In this document: in pieces, positions 60,044-64,000 of the stretch | Position numbering within the stretch: the first letter of the stretch is position 1 | How the letters are laid out: the number at the start of each line of letters is the position of its first letter | NCBI GenBank assembly: GCA_965228735.1 | Contig: OZ245838.1 | Location: 480,001-544,000 of the forward strand | DNA: 64,000 nt | Reading direction: 5' to 3' | Origin: Planctomycetota bacterium | Lineage (GTDB): Bacteria > Planctomycetota > UBA1135 > UBA2386 | Notes under the pieces: generated by a model | Seen by the model: only the letters and a program-made list of their open reading frames with translations | The model's database searches: none | What the model was told of the DNA's origin: nothing | Translations under genes and position numbers: made by a program

Positions 60044-61369
60044 ATGCAGAGCCGCTCCACCTGTCGCGTTGCATTCGCCGTCGCGTTGTCCCTGTCGTTC
60101 GTGGATCGGGTGCCCGCACAAGTGCCGCCGAACACCGCGGTCGTCGCGACGTCGGTCGCGGCGCAGCCCGCGACGCTGCTGCTCGCTGTCGATCTCGCGA
60201 CGATGGCGGTGACTCCGTTGTCGGGCTTTGCGAACGACCAGTTCGCGCCGCTCGCGCTGCGCATCGATCCGATCAACCGCGACATCCTGCTCGCGGTCGA
60301 CCTCGGCGGCGGCACGTCGCGCGTGCTGCGGCTTGGCCTCGGCGGCAGCACGATCACGCGGGTGCGCCAGCTCGCGGACGTCACCGGCGTGATCACGGAC
60401 ATCGTCGTGCCGTATCCGGGTGATCTCGCGCTCACGATCAACGGCCCCCAGGGCGGCATCGTGCGCGTCGACCGCAGCGGCGGCGCGCCGGTGCCCGCGC
60501 TGACCGCGCCGTTCGCGGTCGGGGCCGGGTCACTGAGCGTGTACAGCGCCGAGCTCTGGATCGCGCAGTCCGGTGTCGGTGCAGTGCCGGGCCAGCTCAC
60601 GTACTGGCACAGCGGCAGCGGCAATACGGGCGGCACGTATCCGCTCCCATCGATTCAGCCGCCGACGCTGACCGGCATCGCCGAGCTGTTGACGTCGATT
60701 CCGACCCACGTGATCTTGACGGCGAGCGGCGAGGTTTGGCAGAACATCCTGCAGCAGAGCCTCGTGCAGCTGCCGATCTCGCCGCCGTTGCCGGCGGGCG
60801 GCACCGAGTCGGTGCGCATGGCCGGCGGCAACGACGGCTACGTGCTCGGCAACTCGGCGTATCCGTTTCTGCAGCGGTTCGACGCCTACAGCACGGCTGC
60901 GCAGAACTGGGTCGTGATCGCCGGGCCGTTGCCCGGCAGTCCGAAGTCGTTCGACATCAGCGCGCCAGCGTCCGCGCAGGTGCATTCCTTCGGCGAACGC
61001 TGTTCGCCGTCGGCGACCGTGCCGTGGATCGGCCTGCAGGGTGGGTATCCCCAGCTCGGCAACGGCAGCTTCACGCTGACCACGACTGGGATCCCGGGTG
61101 CGGCCGCGATCGTGACGATCGGTTTCAGCGATCAGTCGGCGTTCGGCTCTCCGCTGCCGTTCGCGTTGCCTGGCGGGGGTTGTGAGCTCCTGGTGTCGCC
61201 AGATGCGGCGGTATTGCACATCAACGGCGTCAACGGCCGCTCCACGCAGGCGTTGCCGATTCCCTCGAGCCCGTCATTCGCGGGTGTCGTTCTGTTCGGG
61301 CAGTGGATCCACCTGATCGGTGGGCCGCTGATCGCGGCGACCGACGCGCTTGCACTGCACGTATTCTAG
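60044..61369 (+). CDS. Secreted hypothetical protein
   Basis: Signal peptide ending PA|Q; C-terminal FGERC...GCELLVSPD...LPIP...GQW domain. Confidence 0.7.
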   Translation: MQSRSTCRVAFAVALSLSFVDRVPAQVPPNTAVVATSVAAQPATLLLAVDLATMAVTPLSGFANDQFAPLALRIDPINRDILLAVDLGGGTSRVLRLGLGGSTITRVRQLADVTGVITDIVVPYPGDLALTINGPQGGIVRVDRSGGAPVPALTAPFAVGAGSLSVYSAELWIAQSGVGAVPGQLTYWHSGSGNTGGTYPLPSIQPPTLTGIAELLTSIPTHVILTASGEVWQNILQQSLVQLPISPPLPAGGTESVRMAGGNDGYVLGNSAYPFLQRFDAYSTAAQNWVVIAGPLPGSPKSFDISAPASAQVHSFGERCSPSATVPWIGLQGGYPQLGNGSFTLTTTGIPGAAAIVTIGFSDQSAFGSPLPFALPGGGCELLVSPDAAVLHINGVNGRSTQALPIPSSPSFAGVVLFGQWIHLIGGPLIAATDALALHVF

Positions 61370-61568
61370 CCCGGGGGCGGAAGCGAGCACCCGGTAGCTG
61401 CGGTCGCCGCATCGCCCGCGTTGAAGTGAACCGCAAGACACACCCTCGTTGCCTGGGCGTGGCGCCTTCATGGCAACAAGGCGGCACATCCTGCGAGAGC
61501 ATGGGGCCCCCAATCACAAGGACGGATCGCGAACCGGGCTACGAACATGCGAGAGCATTCGAATTGGC

Positions 61569-61595
61569 GACATTCAGCCTTCCAGGCTGAATGTC
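61569..61595. repeat. Perfect 12-bp hairpin resembling a tRNA-Gly anticodon arm/att core
   Basis: GACATTCAGCCT-TCC-AGGCTGAATGTC; shares GACATTCAGC with the att repeats. Confidence 0.6.
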
Positions 61596-61753
61596 CGTCA
61601 GCGTGTCCTCATTTCGGGCTGAAGTTGTTCGCTCGACTCAACTTCAGGATCGAGATTCGCGACGGATTCGAAGCACGTCTCGTTACATTTGTGTGCGCGC
61701 CAACGGCGAACGAGCACGACGTAGTCCTTGCCGGCGCAGAGCCTTCGAGGAAA

Positions 61754-61798
61754 TGGAGCGGGTGATCGGGATCGAACCGACGACATTCAGCTTGGGAA
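61754..61798 (-). repeat. att site: 3' half of tRNA-Gly(CCC)
   Basis: Reverse complement TTCCCAAGCTGAATGTCGTCGGTTCGATCCCGATCACCCGCTCCA; no 5' half follows. Confidence 0.9.
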
Positions 61799-61911
61799 CC
61801 GGCTGAGGGCCTTCGGAGCACCGTCGTCACAACCGCTTCAGGTTGCACGTAGTGCGATACCTAGCAGTGGTTTGAGGGCATTGCAAGCGATTGCGAGAGA
61901 GTGCCGGGGAA

Positions 61912-61960
61912 TGCGGTAGTTTTGCGGTAGTAGGCCGGTTTGCGGTAGGTATTGCGGTAG
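61912..61960 (+). repeat. Four TGCGGTAG direct repeats (candidate integrase arm-type sites)
   Basis: Copies start at 61912, 61923, 61941 and 61953, 115-160 bp from the att core. Confidence 0.65.
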
Positions 61961-61974
61961 TGTCGCAGACGTCG

Positions 61975-62325
61975 ATGAGACTTCGCGCAGCTTCGATTTT
62001 GCTCGGCGTGGTGATCACGAGCCCGGTCGCCGGGTGCCGTTCGTTGCGCCCGGACAAGGTGGTGAAAGTCGAGACCGTGCCGCCCGGTGGCGTGGTGCTG
62101 CTCAATGGCCTCAAGGTGGGTACAGCGCCGTGCGAGCTTGTGATGCCATATGAGGGCGTGCTCGACTTCCAGGTTCTTCCGCCGCCGGACTTCTCGGGGC
62201 GACTGTTCTCGAAGCGGCAGACGCTGTACTGGAAGAAGCTCCCGGCAAGCGGTGCAGTGGCCTACTTCGATCTCCGCCTGGAGCAGACCGAACCGCTCAC
62301 TCCGATCGAGGTGAGGCAAAGGTAG
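61975..62325 (+). CDS. PEGA-domain-like lipoprotein
   Basis: Lipobox VAGC; VETVPPGGVVLLNG..VGTAP. Confidence 0.65.
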   Translation: MRLRAASILLGVVITSPVAGCRSLRPDKVVKVETVPPGGVVLLNGLKVGTAPCELVMPYEGVLDFQVLPPPDFSGRLFSKRQTLYWKKLPASGAVAYFDLRLEQTEPLTPIEVRQR

Positions 62326-62483
62326 TAGCAGGCAGGTCGTCGACTTGTTTGTGGGCGTCGCTATCGGATAGGCTGGGCAATCTGCCGGGGCAGCCATAGC
62401 CGACGGGTTATGGACCTGGGTCACGACTCCCGAGCCCGCCCCGGCAGGCATTTGCTCTATCGGGAGTGTAACGGGAGTCTGAT

Positions 62484-63215
62484 ATGAGCAAGGCGGAGGC
62501 CGACTTGGTGTCGGTCGATGTGCTCGACGGCCTTGGCGGTCGAGACGCAGTTGTGGAGCGTTGGTCGCTCATCCAAGAAGCGCTGAGGGACCGCGCGCGT
62601 GATCACAGCGAACGCTGCCGGCAAGACTTCAACGCCCTGTTGAGGCAGCTTGCTGCTGGCCTCGTGCGAGACGTGGAGTACATCCTGCCGCGCAAGAGCC
62701 ACCCGGATCTATGGCGCGATGTCGAGCTGGGGGTGACCTGGAATCCTATCAACCACGTCGTTCAGTCCGGCCGGCACCTACTGTCTGAGAGTAATGCTCA
62801 CCGGGCAGAGCTTGATGCCGGCCGCATTCCCTTGTTTCTCGATCTCGCGGGGCGCGTGCTCGGTCACGTTCGCGTTGCCGGATCCGAAGCGCCTGCCGAT
62901 AAGACCGCCGAAGAGCTCGCCGGCGGGCTTACCGAGCGTCAGCGTCTAGGTCTGCTTATCTATCAGGAGCGTGGGCCACTAACTGACGCGGGGATAGCCA
63001 ATTGCCTGAAAGGGATGCGGGTCAGGACCTCGCACGATAACTGGTTCGACGAAGGGTCTTGCCGTGATTACATCCGGAGGCCGCTTCGCGATAAGCGTCT
63101 CGTTCGAAAAACGGAAGATATCGAGCGGTCTGGATGGGTCGTCACAAGCATCGGAGAGAGCGTTGCTTGCGTTGTCCGCAGTTGGGGGGTGACCTTAGGG
63201 GGTGACCCCCCATAA
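62484..63215 (+). CDS. Hypothetical protein with possible C-terminal winged helix
   Basis: LTERQRLGL...LRDKRLV...GWVVTSIG. Confidence 0.55.
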   Translation: MSKAEADLVSVDVLDGLGGRDAVVERWSLIQEALRDRARDHSERCRQDFNALLRQLAAGLVRDVEYILPRKSHPDLWRDVELGVTWNPINHVVQSGRHLLSESNAHRAELDAGRIPLFLDLAGRVLGHVRVAGSEAPADKTAEELAGGLTERQRLGLLIYQERGPLTDAGIANCLKGMRVRTSHDNWFDEGSCRDYIRRPLRDKRLVRKTEDIERSGWVVTSIGESVACVVRSWGVTLGGDPP

Positions 63216-63263
63216 GGGGGTTAACGGTAGGCCGAATTGACGTATTCGAGGGCATACAGAGCA

Positions 63264-63512
63264 ATGCCAGCGAATACGAAACACCAAGAACCACTTCTAA
63301 CGCTGCGGGAGGCCGCGGCCCTCAAATGGCTTCCTCGCCGCCGTCGCGGTAAGAGGCCGCAGGTCCCGACGTTGTGGCGTTGGATCAACCATGGTTGCTA
63401 TGGGGTGAAGCTCAGGGCGACGTCGGTTGGCGGAACCTTGTGCGTCACCGAGTCCGACTTGCGCGAGTTCTTCGCTGAACTGACCAGGCTTCGGCAGCAG
63501 GCGTCGGCATGA
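63264..63512 (+). CDS. DUF1580-like HTH protein (excisionase-like)
   Basis: LLTLREAA..LP.RR.GKRP...TLWRW...G..GVKL....VGG......L.EF. Confidence 0.75.
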   Translation: MPANTKHQEPLLTLREAAALKWLPRRRRGKRPQVPTLWRWINHGCYGVKLRATSVGGTLCVTESDLREFFAELTRLRQQASA

Positions 63513-63672
63513 TTGCTCGACTCCCATGGTGGCTCGTCGAGCGTCGTTGGTGGATCCGGTCCCTCGCGATTGCCCGCCTCGATAGCCGTGACCCGCACGT
63601 GCGCGAGCACGCTCGGCAGTTCATCGCCGACCTCAACGACTACGAGCGCCTGCATCCGGTCCGGAGGCCAGC

Positions 63673-63939
63673 ATGAAGCGGCACCCCGTGTTCACGCTGC
63701 TCGATCTGCTACCCGGTGCGGAGCAACGGAACCCCCAGGAGTGGCAGTCGTGCTGCCCGGTCGATGCTCACGACGGCCTGTCCGTACCGCTGACGGTTTT
63801 CGTCGATGACTACGGGCATGTCCAAGTGCATTGCCACGGCCACTGCGTCGACATGGCTGTGCTCGACGCTGTCGGGCTCACGTACGACGATCTCCGGCCG
63901 GACGACCTGGACGTTGATGTCGTCGAGGAGGGACTGTGA
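63673..63939 (+). CDS. Primase-type zinc-binding domain protein
   Basis: WQSCCPVDAHD...L.V......VHCHGHC....VLDAVGL...DL. Confidence 0.6.
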   Translation: MKRHPVFTLLDLLPGAEQRNPQEWQSCCPVDAHDGLSVPLTVFVDDYGHVQVHCHGHCVDMAVLDAVGLTYDDLRPDDLDVDVVEEGL

Positions 63940-64000
63940 CGCCGTCTGTCGCCTCTGTGGGCACGTCGCCCATCGAGCGGGTGTTGGCCCGGCTCGACCC
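63936..64000 (+). CDS. 3'-partial ORF, possibly primase-like
   Basis: GTGA overlap; MTPSVASVGTSPIERVLARLD runs off the window. Confidence 0.4.
   Translation, partial: MTPSVASVGTSPIERVLARLD

Larger units (their letters stand above)
9189..61798. mobile_element. ~52.5 kb tRNA-Gly-anchored copper/heavy-metal genomic island
   Basis: Bounded by 45-bp direct repeats of the tRNA 3' end. Dense metal-resistance cargo and IS elements; no integrase seen inside. Confidence 0.75.

Overview
GC-rich bacterial DNA, most likely from Planctomycetota (inferred from an ECF sigma plus Ser/Thr kinase-TPR pair, a DUF1580-like HTH protein, and kelch proteins with a shared C-terminal domain). The first 2 kb holds an Rsb-type partner-switching operon. 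The rest appears to be tandem genomic islands, delimited by three displaced 3' fragments of a minus-strand tRNA-Gly(CCC) at 2205-2229, 9189-9233 and 61754-61798. The central ~52.5 kb island is dominated by copper/heavy-metal genes: three multicopper oxidases, CopB, a CusCBA-like RND pump, a Cu P1B-ATPase, YHS proteins, a copper radical oxidase, a multiheme cytochrome/ferredoxin-reductase module and a sigma-54 two-component system. It also carries an IS256 nested in another IS256 that disrupts one oxidase gene. The most striking feature, missed by the ORF track, is two HMA (CopZ/MerP-fold) lipoprotein genes whose metal-binding CxxC codons are in-frame TGA. One reads UxxC (14013-14312, minus) and one reads UxxU (21120-21602, plus), each followed by SECIS-like hairpins. 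They are candidate selenoprotein metallochaperones ending two divergent operons. The right end begins another integrative element (arm-type repeats, excisionase-like HTH, primase-like zinc domains). All calls come from reading motifs by eye; no database search was run.
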